A stretch of DNA of 64,000 nucleotides from Candidatus Uhrbacteria bacterium (GCA_016844925.1 JAERTI010000036.1:79863-143862); one strand, 5' to 3'. Positions 18,063 to 29,205 are shown, counted from the stretch's first letter. The notes: a model not told the origin generated them from the letters alone. Made by a program: numbers and translations.

Positions 18063-19450
18063 AAGGTTTGGTTTACCTTGTTTTGAGCCGTTGTGAGAGA
18101 TGCTTCCTCTTCTGCTCCAGAAAGGAAGGCGTCAATAAGTTCTATGAAGGCCTCTTCAGCAACCTGTGCATCGTCACCTTGGTACCAACTGTCTGCCGTG
18201 AGGGTTTGGCCGACAAAGACGGAGAGTGTTTCGTCCTCAATCTGATCATTGATAAGTCCACGGAGTGCCGTCGGTTTTTGCGCAGCGTTCAAGTAGCTCA
18301 TGACACGTTCTGCGTCAGTGGAAAAGAGGATGAAGTCCCAGGCCCAGTCACTGTTGTCCGTGCTCTTGGCAACGGTCTCGACCCAGTAGTTAGCGTAGTT
18401 CACCGTCTTGCCTCCGTCGATTTGTGGGACTGGGGCGATGGAGAAGTCGAGTTTTTCATTGGCCGCGCGGATGAATGGGGCGTGGTAGGCGTAGCCAAAG
18501 AAGAATCCCAGGTTTCCGGCCGTGAAGGCGTCAAAGGAGTCTAGCTGATCCTCATTCCAGGTGTAGACCTCTTTGAGTGGATTGGCGAAGTCCGTGTAAA
18601 AACGCATGGCTTGACCGGCGAGGAATGTCTTATCGACCTCTCTAGCAAAGAGGGCGCGTCCACGACTGTCTGTCATTTCTGTGCCGTTCTGCATCATCAG
18701 GAGGGAGGCGATATCGAAGGCACGTTCAACGTTTTCTCCGGTTCCGATGGCAGCAGCTGCTTGAATGATTTCATCGTCGGATCCGATCCTCACCATGTCA
18801 GCAACCTGGTCCTGGAACTCACTCCAAGTACTTGGCGGCTGTGGGAATCCAGCAGCATCGAGGAGGTCTTCGTTGTAATACAGGGCGAGCGTGTCGACGG
18901 CGAGCGGAAGGCCAAAGATGCGGCTTTCTGTAGGTGAGTCTGCGTTCGGTTGATAGTCGCGTAGGACATCTTGAGTCACCACATCGATGTAATCGCTCTT
19001 AAGAGCTCGTTCTGAGAGCGTTGGTTCTTCTTGGATGGTGTAGACCACCTCCTTTTTTACGGTTCCGCGTGTTTCAGAATATGGAATAGTGACGGAGTCT
19101 GGCATCGGCAGAATGAGACTCTCATATTCACCGATCCAAGTGTTGTGAATGGAGAAGATGTCTGGTCCGGTTCCTTCGGCGAAGGCACGGATGAGCTCAT
19201 CTTCATATTCATCCAGACGCAATTCTCGATAGTTGAACGAGACGTTTGGGTGAATCGCGCGGTAGGCATTCATGAGGTCTCGGAACGTGTCATCGCTGTC
19301 GAACACACGCCAAATGGTGAGAGTGACAGGTGTGGTGGCCAGGCGTTCAGCCGTTGCGTTGCCACCGCAGCCTGCTCCTGTAAGCACAAGCGCGACCAAC
19401 AACAACGGGGCCACGAGGCGGAAGAAAGATGTTGATCGTGTCTGCGTCAT
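18059..19450 (-). CDS. ABC transporter extracellular solute-binding lipoprotein (family 1, sugar-type)
   Basis: 463 aa; signal peptide with lipobox LTGAGC; size and composition typical of SBP_bac_1. Confidence 0.7.
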   Translation of the reverse strand: MTQTRSTSFFRLVAPLLLVALVLTGAGCGGNATAERLATTPVTLTIWRVFDSDDTFRDLMNAYRAIHPNVSFNYRELRLDEYEDELIRAFAEGTGPDIFSIHNTWIGEYESLILPMPDSVTIPYSETRGTVKKEVVYTIQEEPTLSERALKSDYIDVVTQDVLRDYQPNADSPTESRIFGLPLAVDTLALYYNEDLLDAAGFPQPPSTWSEFQDQVADMVRIGSDDEIIQAAAAIGTGENVERAFDIASLLMMQNGTEMTDSRGRALFAREVDKTFLAGQAMRFYTDFANPLKEVYTWNEDQLDSFDAFTAGNLGFFFGYAYHAPFIRAANEKLDFSIAPVPQIDGGKTVNYANYWVETVAKSTDNSDWAWDFILFSTDAERVMSYLNAAQKPTALRGLINDQIEDETLSVFVGQTLTADSWYQGDDAQVAEEAFIELIDAFLSGAEEEASLTTAQNKVNQTL

Positions 19451-20325
19451 AGAGATTTGATGGTCTTTTTAAGGTAGCGTTTGAGATTTGAGCCCGTGTC
19501 AGGGTGTTTGAGTCCAAGCTCCACCTGCGCCTTGAGGAAGCCGAGCTTGTTTCCACAGTCGTAGCGTGTGCCTTCAAACTTACATCCGTACAAAGCCTTG
19601 TTTTGCTCCAGGAGCGTGTTGAATGCATCAGCGAGTCGGATTTCTCCGTCACCACCAGCAGCTTGAGAGGGAAGGATGTCGAAGACCTCCGGGGTGAGAA
19701 TGTAGCGGCCGATGACAATAAGGTTGGATGGGGCCTTGCTGACAGGGGGTTTTTCTACGAAACGATCAATCTGGTAAGCACCTGCACCTACGCTCTTTCC
19801 CCCAATCACGCCGTACTTACTTACGTCTTTCTTTGGGACTTTCTGTAGAGCGATAACTGGATCGCCGTACTTTTCATACACGTCCATGAGTTGACGTAGA
19901 GCTGGTTTCTCATCGCTGTCGATGATGTCGTCTCCAAAGAGGACGGCAACAGGCTCATGTGCATCAACGAACGGGAGAGCCGTTAGGACGGCATGACCAT
20001 CACCCAGAGGTTTTGCCTGACGTACAAAGGCGAACTTCGCGAGCTTTCCGATTTTTGAGACGGCCTTGAGGGCTGCTTTCTTTCTCTTTTGCTCAAGTCG
20101 GTACTCAAGTTCGAAGTTGCGATCAAAGTGATCTTCGATGGCGCGCTTGCCGTTTGAGGTGACAAAGATGATCTCCTCGATACCGCTGGCGACCGCCTCT
20201 TCAACAATGTATTGAATGACGGGCTTATCAACGACAGCGAGCATCTCTTTTGGTTGGGCCTTGGAGGCCGGTAGGAAACGAGTTCCCATTCCCGCAACGG
20301 GAATAATAGCTTTGCGAATTTTCAT
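19447..20325 (-). CDS. galU: UTP--glucose-1-phosphate uridylyltransferase
   Basis: Starts at the internal ATG (MKIRKAIIPVAGMGTRFLPASK), the nucleotidyltransferase GxGTRxLPxTK motif. Confidence 0.85.
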   Translation of the reverse strand: MKIRKAIIPVAGMGTRFLPASKAQPKEMLAVVDKPVIQYIVEEAVASGIEEIIFVTSNGKRAIEDHFDRNFELEYRLEQKRKKAALKAVSKIGKLAKFAFVRQAKPLGDGHAVLTALPFVDAHEPVAVLFGDDIIDSDEKPALRQLMDVYEKYGDPVIALQKVPKKDVSKYGVIGGKSVGAGAYQIDRFVEKPPVSKAPSNLIVIGRYILTPEVFDILPSQAAGGDGEIRLADAFNTLLEQNKALYGCKFEGTRYDCGNKLGFLKAQVELGLKHPDTGSNLKRYLKKTIKSL

Positions 20326-20524
20326 AGATTTGCCCTTATTGTAGCGCACTGAAGAGTAAAGAAAAAACACTCCTGTGGAGTGTTTCGGTCGATTAGTCGC
20401 GGCTGAGATGGTAGAGCGTAACAAGAAGAAAGACGATCAGAATGACGACAGCGATGATTATGCGTGGATCAGTCAGCATATGAGATAGCGTAACACAAAA
20501 CACAGCAGGTCTTGCTGTGTTTTG

Positions 20525-20614
<90 letters not shown>

Positions 20615-20670
20615 CTGTGAGTGCGCGCGGAGAATATCATGGGCATTCTGAGTGTTCAAGGAATATTCTA

Positions 20671-21306
20671 TCAGTCTTGTTGAGGTATTTGGTCGTGATA
20701 GGTGCTGTTTTTAAGGATATCCTGTGCGAGTAAGAGGAGTTCTCCGTCCGTGGCATGGTTACCATCTGCGGAGATGATGACGAGGTATTCGTCCTCGTGA
20801 AAAAGAAGTTGTTTTGAAATTTCGCACTTATTCGGGATACCGTCTTCGTAGTCGATGCAGCGTGGTCGACTGTCGAGTTCTACGAAGGTGGCGGTGTGAC
20901 CGTCGATTAAGACCTCTTCCTGGTAGAAAAGTCGGTAAATCGCCTGTTGCTCCTCGATGGACCTACTGGGAAGGTAGTCGATCTCTACAAACCGCCAGCC
21001 GTTTCTTACATAGACAAGGGAGGTGGTTCCGATGGGGAATGTGTCGCTTGTTTGTGTGTAGACGCCGATTTCGTAAAGCACACTCTCAAGACTGTCGTTG
21101 GGTGGAGTGATTTCAAGTGTATCGACTGATTCGTGAGTCACCAATCCTGGGGCTTGGGTGAGAAGTGTGCGGTCGCTCACAGAGAGCCAGGTCACCAATC
21201 GAATGATCAGTGCCACGATTAAAATCGCCAGAACGAATCCACCTATAACACGGAGGCTTGGTTCTCGGTCGGGTCTATTTCTTCGAACGATGCGTCTGAG
21301 GAGCAT
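20671..21306 (-). CDS. Hypothetical membrane-anchored protein
   Basis: 211 aa ORF, N-terminal TM helix, no recognisable motif. Confidence 0.4.
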   Translation of the reverse strand: MLLRRIVRRNRPDREPSLRVIGGFVLAILIVALIIRLVTWLSVSDRTLLTQAPGLVTHESVDTLEITPPNDSLESVLYEIGVYTQTSDTFPIGTTSLVYVRNGWRFVEIDYLPSRSIEEQQAIYRLFYQEEVLIDGHTATFVELDSRPRCIDYEDGIPNKCEISKQLLFHEDEYLVIISADGNHATDGELLLLAQDILKNSTYHDQIPQQD

Positions 21307-22504
21307 AGAGCAGTGTGGCGATCAGGAGCCATGTAAGGATGGCGAGGTCGTTTTTCAAGTAGGGTACGTCGACAAGGCCGTGGATGGCGATCTCGATGAG
21401 AGCGAAGAACGCCGCGTACCCAGCGAGTGACGCTGGCTTGATCGATCGTCCTCGTACGAGTAATTGCCAACCAAGGAGCGCGACGGCAATGAGGCCTAAG
21501 AGCCCCAATTCCACCCAAATGTTTAAGACGATGTTGTGTGGGTATTGAAAAATTTCGTAGTGGGTGGCTCGGTGGTAGGGCTCAAGGGCCGTCGGGTAGC
21601 CAGAGAGGCCGGTGCCGAGCAGCCAGTGATCCTGGAGGAGATCGACCGTCTCACTCCATTGCGAGAGGCGAACCTGGCCGGAGTAGTCTTGGAGGGTGAG
21701 CTTGCCTACAACATCGGCTCTCCAAGGGGAGAGCAGTACCAGCGCTCCTACAACAAGTGTTCCAGCGACTGTGAGACGTCGCGTTTTTTTATTCACGAGT
21801 CCTGCGAGCAGGAGTGTTGCAATGATCGCGACAATGGCCGCCTCGGATTGGGCGAGAGTGGTGGCGATGAGTGAGAGGATCGTTACCGTGGGCCAGAACC
21901 AGGTGGAGACATCTTTGGTGAGACGTCGCGTGTGCATCGCGCCAATGATGACGATTGGTCCCAAGAAGAGTCCCAGGGCGTTCGGGTAATCAAAAACGGA
22001 GGTCACGCGGCGTTCAATGTCCCACGGAATGGGGAGGCCGGCACCAGTAATCCACTGAACGATGGCGACGAGAGAAAGAATGAGGGCTGTGAGACCGAGG
22101 GATTTGAAAAGGTCTTCGGCGGTGATGCTTGAGCGGATGAGTTCATACCTCACGATGAAAAAGAGGATGATCGGTTCAATGAAATACGCTTTCCAGATAC
22201 CTGCAGCCCCCATGAGATCCGGGGCGACGAAGAGGGAGACTGTGGAGGAGAGAAGGAGCAATCCAAGCGGGATCAGAATCGTTCGTGTTGGCAGCAGGCT
22301 TGAGAGTGTTGGGCGATGTTTGATGAGCCAAACCACAACGAATGTGAGAAGGAGCAGCTCGAGGAGGGTTGTGGGGACTCCAAAGAGTTCCGTGCGCAGG
22401 AGGTAACTTGGGAGTAGGGCAACGAGAAGTAGGAGTCCTCCGCGGGGGTTCAGCCAGGTTGTCAGACCGAATGCGGCCGTGAGGATTATCAGGACGGGGG
22501 TCAT
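21275..22504 (-). CDS. O-antigen ligase/polymerase family (Wzy_C domain) membrane protein
   Basis: 409 aa, about 10-12 TM helices, central periplasmic loop typical of WaaL/Wzy. Confidence 0.6.
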   Translation of the reverse strand: MTPVLIILTAAFGLTTWLNPRGGLLLLVALLPSYLLRTELFGVPTTLLELLLLTFVVVWLIKHRPTLSSLLPTRTILIPLGLLLLSSTVSLFVAPDLMGAAGIWKAYFIEPIILFFIVRYELIRSSITAEDLFKSLGLTALILSLVAIVQWITGAGLPIPWDIERRVTSVFDYPNALGLFLGPIVIIGAMHTRRLTKDVSTWFWPTVTILSLIATTLAQSEAAIVAIIATLLLAGLVNKKTRRLTVAGTLVVGALVLLSPWRADVVGKLTLQDYSGQVRLSQWSETVDLLQDHWLLGTGLSGYPTALEPYHRATHYEIFQYPHNIVLNIWVELGLLGLIAVALLGWQLLVRGRSIKPASLAGYAAFFALIEIAIHGLVDVPYLKNDLAILTWLLIATLLYAPQTHRSKK

Positions 22505-23928
22505 ACCACTGGACGGGTCAGGGCCTTAAGCTCTTTGATGGTAATAGCGCGTAGGGCGAGTAGTGCGGCTCCATAGACTGTGGCGCCGATCAGGATATCG
22601 AGAATGACGTGTACATCAATTTGTCGCAATACGAGATACATGGCCGTTGCTGCAAGGAGGGCCTTGAGGGTGGCAAGGAGATTTGGCAGAGCACCACTAA
22701 CGCGCCAGACAACAATAAAGGTAATGGCGGCGATGAGCGCTTCGCTGGCGAGCGTGACCCAGATGGCGCCCCACATACCGTGCTCTGGAATCAGCCAGAG
22801 GTAGCCGACGATGGAGACAATGGCTACGAAGACATAACCGAGAGTCATGATGCGCTGTTTGTTGAGTGCAACGATGAGGTGGCCGTAGAGTGCACCCAAG
22901 AACACACCAATAAGGGCAATGATGAGCAGTGCCAACGCAGGGCCAGCATCAGCAAACCCGTCTCCAGCGATTAAGACCGTGAGTTCTGTCGCGACGAGTT
23001 GTGCGCCAACAACAAGGGGAATGACGGCCATGGCGAATAGATCAAACGTGCGCGCTACGTATCTGCGGAAGTCTTTGGCTTTGCCAGCACTCCAGGCGGC
23101 TACGAGCGATGGGAGCACGAGCCCCATGAACATGACAGGAAGTACGGTGAGAACGTCGATAATGCGATAGGCCATGCCGTAGAGACCCACTTCTGTTTCG
23201 GGGCGGAAGTAGGCAAGGAAGAGAATGTCGCCCTTGAGGTAGAGCAGGTTGAAGACAATTGAGACAGCGATGGGCCAAGAGCGGGAGAGGATGTCGCGCC
23301 AGACGGACATCTCGAACAGTGGGCGGACGCGGACGAGTGGCTTGGCAAAGTGGATCATCGTCCAGAGCCAGATGGCGTTGGCGATCACGGAGGCAAAGAC
23401 CATGGCTCCTACGGTTGGAGCGGTCATGGCAAAGATGGCGATGAGTCCCAGGAGCACGGCGCGGTTAATAAGCTCTGCCAGGGCCGCACGCCACATGCGT
23501 TCATGCTTTTGAAAGATACCTACGAGCATGCTGGCACCTCCCATAAAGAAGTACGCTGTCGCACCAATGAGTACGGCTTGCTTTACGACAGGGGTGAAGG
23601 GAAATGCCAAGATCGAAATCGGCGCAAGGGAAAACAAAAGGGCTCCTGAGACAAGTCGTAGCCCAAAAAAGTTCCCAGCAACACGCTCTTCATCGATCCC
23701 TTTTTCCGAGATCATGACGATAAGGGTGAGCGTGAGTCCAAAGTCCACCACCACACCAAACATTTGAAGATAGGTAACAGCCGTGGTGTATTCACCAAAG
23801 GCAGCCGTTCCTAAGGTGCGTGTAATAAAGGCAATCGTAATCAGGCCGATGAGTACCGAGAGGCCTTTACCAATGAGCTGGACAGTGAAATTTGAGGCTA
23901 AAGATCGCGATGAAATCATATCGGTCAT
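22501..23928 (-). CDS. Polysaccharide flippase (Wzx/MOP superfamily)
   Basis: 475 aa, 12-14 TM helices, N-terminal GKGLSVLIGLITIAFITRTLG typical of Wzx. Confidence 0.65.
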   Translation of the reverse strand: MTDMISSRSLASNFTVQLIGKGLSVLIGLITIAFITRTLGTAAFGEYTTAVTYLQMFGVVVDFGLTLTLIVMISEKGIDEERVAGNFFGLRLVSGALLFSLAPISILAFPFTPVVKQAVLIGATAYFFMGGASMLVGIFQKHERMWRAALAELINRAVLLGLIAIFAMTAPTVGAMVFASVIANAIWLWTMIHFAKPLVRVRPLFEMSVWRDILSRSWPIAVSIVFNLLYLKGDILFLAYFRPETEVGLYGMAYRIIDVLTVLPVMFMGLVLPSLVAAWSAGKAKDFRRYVARTFDLFAMAVIPLVVGAQLVATELTVLIAGDGFADAGPALALLIIALIGVFLGALYGHLIVALNKQRIMTLGYVFVAIVSIVGYLWLIPEHGMWGAIWVTLASEALIAAITFIVVWRVSGALPNLLATLKALLAATAMYLVLRQIDVHVILDILIGATVYGAALLALRAITIKELKALTRPVV

Positions 23929-23988
23929 AAGTGTATCACGTTTTTCTTTTGACCCTGCTCCTAAAAAATGCTATTATTCCTTTGAAAT

Positions 23989-25944
23989 ATGATAGTTTTT
24001 CGCTCGCGCGATTTCCATGCTTTGTCCGCGGCGACCACGAAGATTTCCGTGGTTTTGGTTTCGCTGTTGCTCGTTTTAGCAGCAGTTTTTTTGTCGACGA
24101 ATGTCGCTGAAGCCGCGCCTCGCAAAGGATACGAAGCGCTGCAGGTAACACTGCCAAAACAAGGGTTCACCATGCAACCCGGTGCCACTCAGCAGGTCAT
24201 GATTGGTTTTCAGAATATTGGAGAAAAAACCTGGACGAATAATGGAGGGCCATACGTCTCTATTTATACGTATGGACCAAAATACCGTACGAGTGTCTTT
24301 GAATCAGGAAATTGGGAAGATTTCACACAGGCAGCTTTGTTGAATGAAGCCGCTGTGGCTCCTGGATCGATTGGATACATTTATCTCACACTGACAGCTC
24401 CAGATTCTGAAGGTACGTATAAAGAGACATTCAATCTTGCAGCAGAGGACACAACATGGATTCCGGGAGGGGAGTTTACACTGACGATTAATGTTGAAGG
24501 TGATACCGCTGTGGCGACTTCTCGTGAGAGCGCGTCGACAACAACAACACCTGTCGCAGTAGCTCCTTCCGCAGAAGAGGAGGTTGAAGACGTACAAGAG
24601 GATGCAATTGAGGATGGTGTTGCCTCGCCTGACACAGACGGACTCTCAGCTATGATCTTGTTGCGTAGTGTCAAGAGTGTGACAGCTAAAGCAGGTGAAG
24701 AGATCTCTTATAAGATTGGCGTGAAAAATACAGGCTCCGTTGCTTGGGGCACGCGTGAGATTCGAACAGGAGACATTGCGATTGCAAGTGCGGGCACAGA
24801 GCACTCTTCATGGGTCTCTTCCACAAAGTTGGTTTTGAATGATTCTGGCACGGTGAAACCTGGGGGTCTCGATTTCCTGGAATTCACATTCGCTGCACCA
24901 TCAACAAAGGGAGATCATACGGTGCGTTACACCATGGCGGTGAACGACACGATTATCCCAGATTTCTATATCGATATTCCGGTTGAGGTGACCTCTGGAG
25001 CTGCTGCCGTGATTAATGAGCCTGTTACCGTTGATGAGGATGCGATTCAGGCGGCAAATACCATCGAAGAGCCAATCGTCCGAATTGGACTACTCACCAT
25101 TGATGAAGAGACTGACTGGGTGACTGAGATTAGTTGTAACAGCACGTGGAGACTTGAAGATAGTGAAGGGGGGCTCCTGGGAGTGATGGGTCAAAACGAA
25201 ATGGTGCGTGCGTTCTACAAGAACCATCGTTACTACTACAACCGTGGTAAGGGCATCGAACAGACGCATAAGTACCTGCGATTCGTGCCAGATAGTGATG
25301 ACGCGATCTGTACCATTGAGAACTTTGACCGACGTGCAACACGTAATGCGGCCTATGCGGATAACATGTTCCGCGATGCTCTCGAGTTGCAGTACATTCC
25401 ATACAAGGATGAGGTTTGGGTGATCAATGAGCTTCCAATCGAGGAGTATCTTTACGGACTGGCTGAAACATCAAACCTTTCGGCACATGAGTTTAAGAAG
25501 ACGCTCATTACGATTGCGCGCACCTACGCCACCTATCACTGGGAGCGAAACACGAAGCATCATGGGTATTTCCACATGAATGCGTACGCAGATGATCAGG
25601 TGTACAAGGGGTATGAGTATGAGCTGCGACATTTCAACATCAAAAAGGCAGCAGACGACACAACGGGTATTACGGTGAACTACGAGGGGAAGACCGCTAT
25701 CACGCCGTACTTCTCTCGCTCCGACGGACGCACTCGCGACTGGTCAGAGGTCTGGGGAGGTTACGTGCCATGGGTGCGTGGTGTGCCAGCGCCGTGTGAC
25801 TTGAAACATGGCCGCACGCTCTGGGGTCACGGAGTTGGACTCAGTGCTTCTGAGGCTCTGTGTATGGCTCGTGAAGGAGAGCTTTGGGACGACATTTTGA
25901 AGTATTTCTACACAGGAGTTGAATTGAACAAACGATGGGACTAA
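23989..25944 (+). CDS. SpoIID/LytB-domain protein with N-terminal Ig-like (CARDB/NBR1-like) repeats
   Basis: C-terminal region TPYFSRSDGRTRDWSEVWGG...LWGHGVGLSASEA matches the SpoIID/LytB amidase-enhancer domain. Has an N-terminal signal/TM segment. Confidence 0.65.
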   Translation: MIVFRSRDFHALSAATTKISVVLVSLLLVLAAVFLSTNVAEAAPRKGYEALQVTLPKQGFTMQPGATQQVMIGFQNIGEKTWTNNGGPYVSIYTYGPKYRTSVFESGNWEDFTQAALLNEAAVAPGSIGYIYLTLTAPDSEGTYKETFNLAAEDTTWIPGGEFTLTINVEGDTAVATSRESASTTTTPVAVAPSAEEEVEDVQEDAIEDGVASPDTDGLSAMILLRSVKSVTAKAGEEISYKIGVKNTGSVAWGTREIRTGDIAIASAGTEHSSWVSSTKLVLNDSGTVKPGGLDFLEFTFAAPSTKGDHTVRYTMAVNDTIIPDFYIDIPVEVTSGAAAVINEPVTVDEDAIQAANTIEEPIVRIGLLTIDEETDWVTEISCNSTWRLEDSEGGLLGVMGQNEMVRAFYKNHRYYYNRGKGIEQTHKYLRFVPDSDDAICTIENFDRRATRNAAYADNMFRDALELQYIPYKDEVWVINELPIEEYLYGLAETSNLSAHEFKKTLITIARTYATYHWERNTKHHGYFHMNAYADDQVYKGYEYELRHFNIKKAADDTTGITVNYEGKTAITPYFSRSDGRTRDWSEVWGGYVPWVRGVPAPCDLKHGRTLWGHGVGLSASEALCMAREGELWDDILKYFYTGVELNKRWD

Positions 25945-26993
25945 GAGTTCTCACAATCCTACTGATGATCGCCGCAGTTAATCCTGCGGCGGTTTTGGCT
26001 CTGGATCCGCTTCAGGAGATTTATGAGAAGCGGGGAGATTTGCAAGTGGCATTTGAGGCAGACACTGGATTAGCTGTGCCGGGGACGGCAGCGGGATTCC
26101 TACTCGACCTTGAAGATTGGGCGCGACAGTACGGTTGGGCTGAGCACGATGAGTTGCGCAGCTATGGCCCTGAGGAGGGTGACGGAGTACCGGCTCGTGT
26201 TGATACGCAAGAGATCGAGTCAGAGATTGGAGCGCATGCGTACGTGGTGATGGATCGGTCGACGGGGAAGATTCTGACGGTAAAAAATGAAAATCGGCAG
26301 TGGCCCGTTGCCTCACTCACCAAGCTGGTTACCGCTGATGTAGTGCTGGACCACGAGGTTTCAATGAGCGCCTACGGTGATGTGCGCAACAGCGACAATG
26401 TCGGCGGAGCGCGGCTGTGGGTGTATGACGGTGATGAGTTTACTGTCGAGGATCTTTTTTACGCAGCTTTGGTTGGGAGTGCGAACAACGGAGCGAATGC
26501 CTTGTCTCGTACCGCGGGCCTTACACGTTCGACATTCCTGGAAGAGATGAATAATCGAGCTAAGGCGTTGAACTTGATCAAGACGGAGTTTGTCGATCCG
26601 ACAGGCATCGAGCTTGGAAACGTGTCGACCGCGCGTGAGATGACACGTCTGGCGCGAGATATTTTAGGGCGTGATGAAGTGCGTCGGTTCACAACAACGG
26701 CCACAAAGCATATCTACAATCTGACCCAGTCCACTTCTAAGAAAATGACGAACACGAACTGGATGCTTTATAAGTCGGACTATGATGATGTGTACGTCAC
26801 GGGTGGGAAGACCGGGTACTTAATCGAAAGCGGTTGGAACCTTGTGGTGGCGCTACGTCCTAATGGTTACGATACGGATAGGGAGTTGCTTATCACGATT
26901 TTCGGTGCTGATTCTCGAGCGGATTCGTTCATCGATGCAGAGAAGCTGGCGGACTGGGCGTGGGACGTGCATCAGTGGGAAAAACAGTATTAG
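25935..26993 (+). CDS. D-alanyl-D-alanine carboxypeptidase (S11 serine peptidase, PBP5-like)
   Basis: SxxK (SLTKLVTA), SxN (SANN) and KTG motifs; signal peptide. Confidence 0.8.
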   Translation: MGLRVLTILLMIAAVNPAAVLALDPLQEIYEKRGDLQVAFEADTGLAVPGTAAGFLLDLEDWARQYGWAEHDELRSYGPEEGDGVPARVDTQEIESEIGAHAYVVMDRSTGKILTVKNENRQWPVASLTKLVTADVVLDHEVSMSAYGDVRNSDNVGGARLWVYDGDEFTVEDLFYAALVGSANNGANALSRTAGLTRSTFLEEMNNRAKALNLIKTEFVDPTGIELGNVSTAREMTRLARDILGRDEVRRFTTTATKHIYNLTQSTSKKMTNTNWMLYKSDYDDVYVTGGKTGYLIESGWNLVVALRPNGYDTDRELLITIFGADSRADSFIDAEKLADWAWDVHQWEKQY

Positions 26994-27012
26994 AGAAAGA
27001 ATTAGAGAAATA

Positions 27013-27045
27013 AAAAGAGAGGCCATGTGGCCTCTCTTTTTATTT
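27013..27045. terminator. Bidirectional rho-independent terminator
   Basis: AAAAAGAGAGGCC-atgt-GGCCTCTCTTTTT. Confidence 0.85.
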
Positions 27046-27621
27046 GATTGTACTTTTTATCTTTCCGTGTCCTGTTGCCCCTAGGGCACTCACGCGCTTT
27101 TTATCTTCCTCAACCAGTTTCGTCACGATTTCTTTTACGTGCTCAGGGTCGTCGATATTTTTAAAGTGGAATCGTCCTCGCTCTCCTGCTGTCTGGACAA
27201 AGACCTGGCCGTAGGTGAAGACAGTTTGGAGCACGCCTCGGATTTCTGCGGTGGTGTCTTGCACGGCCGCGAGGTCGAGTTCGGACGCTGTGCGGTGAAA
27301 GAGGCCCTCTTGTTCGATGTTGATGATGCGTTCGTTGGTCACGATCCAAGTGTCGAGGTAGAAGTCTGTGAACTCAATGAAGGCAAAGAGCCAGACGGAG
27401 AGAACATAGAGGCTCCCGAACACGACGATGATCGGGCCTGAGACGGGGCCGTTCACCCAGGGCTCGACGTCGAGCCAGAAATACCAGCCGAGGCCAAGGG
27501 GGAGGCCGGTGAGGAGAATAAACGCCGCGACGATGGTGAGGATGGCAAACCAGTGTCGTCGCATGAACAGGACAACATGTTCGTCTGGGCGCTGGTTTGG
27601 AAGATGGTCTAGACGCATCAT
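27040..27621 (-). CDS. Bacterial PH-domain (bPH_2/YdbT-like) membrane protein
   Basis: Two N-terminal TM helices followed by a PH-like domain, the DUF304 architecture. Confidence 0.55.
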   Translation of the reverse strand: MMRLDHLPNQRPDEHVVLFMRRHWFAILTIVAAFILLTGLPLGLGWYFWLDVEPWVNGPVSGPIIVVFGSLYVLSVWLFAFIEFTDFYLDTWIVTNERIINIEQEGLFHRTASELDLAAVQDTTAEIRGVLQTVFTYGQVFVQTAGERGRFHFKNIDDPEHVKEIVTKLVEEDKKRVSALGATGHGKIKSTIK

Positions 27622-27902
27622 AGGGCTGGGAACAGATCTTCGTTGTAATACTCTGCAGCGCTGTCAACGGAAACGGAGTGTGTCCAGTCGTACTCCATCA
27701 GCAGGAAGACCGAACCGGAAATCAGAATAATCGTTCCACCCGTGAAGACCGTCACGATCAGGTACAAGCCAAAACCGTAGATACCGTAGCGGATGAGGTG
27801 GTAGATGTTGAACAGGCTATAGAAAACATAAAAGAGCATGTACGCGCCGTAGATCGCTAGGAAGATCGATACGGGGATGCCGAGGTCGGGAAGATCGAAC
27901 AT
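27618..27902 (-). CDS. Small hydrophobic membrane protein (hypothetical)
   Basis: 94 aa, three predicted TM helices, 4-nt overlap with the downstream gene. Confidence 0.4.
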   Translation of the reverse strand: MFDLPDLGIPVSIFLAIYGAYMLFYVFYSLFNIYHLIRYGIYGFGLYLIVTVFTGGTIILISGSVFLLMEYDWTHSVSVDSAAEYYNEDLFPAL

Positions 27903-27941
27903 AGTAAGAAAAGTTTATCATAAAAGACCCCATGAGGGTCT

Positions 27942-28949
27942 TTACTGCAGGTGCTCAGAGCCACGTTCGGTTACGATACGGCCGCGCGGGGTGCGCTGGA
28001 GAAAACCGATTTGGATCAGGAACGGTTCGTGCACGTCTTCAATCGTCTGAATTTCTTCTTGTGTGGCTGCGGCAATGGTTGAGAGTCCTACGGGGCCACC
28101 CTTAAATTTTTCGACGATGGTAGAGAGGATGCGTCGGTCTGTCTGATCAAGACCAACGTGATCTACCTTGAGTTTTTCCAGGGCTGTGCCACAGACGTCA
28201 TGATTGATGTGACCATCGGCCTTTACTTGTGCGTAATCACGGACACGTTTAAGTAGACGGTTAGCGATGCGGGGTGTACGACGTGAGCGTGCAGCCAGGA
28301 GTCCGGCAGCATCGTCATCCATAGTGACGTCCAGAAGGTTTGCACTGCGTTTCACAATGTCGCCTATGTGGTTCTCTTCGTAGAAGTTGAGGTGATGAAC
28401 GGCACCGAATCGATCGCGCAGTGGGGCTGAGAGCAGGGAGAGTCGAGTGGTGGCGCCGATGATGGTGAACTTTTCTAGGTTGAGTCGGAGCGTTCTCGCC
28501 GTAGGACCTTTTCCAACGATGATATCCAGAGCATAGTCCTCCATGGCCGGGTACAGCACCTCTTCGATGGTTTTGTTCATGCGGTGAATTTCATCGATAA
28601 ACAGAACATCTCCAGGGCCAAGGTTTGAGAGGATGGCAGCGAGATCACCTACGCGCTCTAGAGCCGGTCCAGAGGTGACACGAATCTGTGCGCCCATCTC
28701 GTTGGCAATAATGTGGGCGAGGGTTGTTTTGCCGAGTCCTGGATTCCCATAGAGCAAAACGTGGTCGATGGCTTCTTCGCGTTTTTTTGCCGCTTCAATA
28801 AAAATGGAGAGATTCTCTTTGAGATCATCTTGGCCAACAAAATCATCAAGACTCTGTGGGCGCAGGCCTACCTCAAAGACACGCTCTTCCTCTGGAGCAT
28901 CTGTGGCAACAACTCGCTCAGGAATGTTCATCTCTTCGCGCTCGATCAT
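27942..28949 (-). CDS. ruvB: Holliday junction branch-migration helicase RuvB
   Basis: Walker [12 protein letters not shown], Walker B DEIHR, sensor and arginine finger, and a C-terminal winged helix. Confidence 0.95.
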   Translation of the reverse strand: MIEREEMNIPERVVATDAPEEERVFEVGLRPQSLDDFVGQDDLKENLSIFIEAAKKREEAIDHVLLYGNPGLGKTTLAHIIANEMGAQIRVTSGPALERVGDLAAILSNLGPGDVLFIDEIHRMNKTIEEVLYPAMEDYALDIIVGKGPTARTLRLNLEKFTIIGATTRLSLLSAPLRDRFGAVHHLNFYEENHIGDIVKRSANLLDVTMDDDAAGLLAARSRRTPRIANRLLKRVRDYAQVKADGHINHDVCGTALEKLKVDHVGLDQTDRRILSTIVEKFKGGPVGLSTIAAATQEEIQTIEDVHEPFLIQIGFLQRTPRGRIVTERGSEHLQ

Positions 28950-29018
28950 ACGTCTGCATTATGCCCGGCGGGGCGTCTATGGGCAAACAAAAATCCACCC
29001 CGTCAAGGGATGGATTTT

Positions 29019-29105
29019 TGGTAGGCGAGGTGGGACTCGAACCCACACGGGTTTTACCCCAAAGGTGTTTAAGACCTCAGCGTCTACCAGTTCCGCCACT
29101 CGCCC
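29019..29105 (-). tRNA. tRNA-Leu (TAA), long variable arm, 3' CCA encoded
   Basis: Anticodon loop CTTAAAC; T-arm GTGGGTTCGAGTCCCAC; acceptor begins with a G1-U72 wobble pair. Confidence 0.8.
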
Positions 29106-29152
29106 ATGGGCCTGAGGGTAGCAGAGAATTGCTTAAGAGCCAAGGGATTGGA

Positions 29153-29181
29153 TTGACAAAAGTCTTATTTTTTGCATTCTT
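29153..29181 (+). promoter_or_regulatory. Sigma70-like promoter (ATTGACAAAAG family): TTGACA, 17 nt spacer, ATTCTT
   Basis: Sequence match, 25 nt upstream of the BI-1 start. Confidence 0.4.
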
Positions 29182-29205
29182 TTCGTCCGCAGAAGCGGTG
29201 CTGTC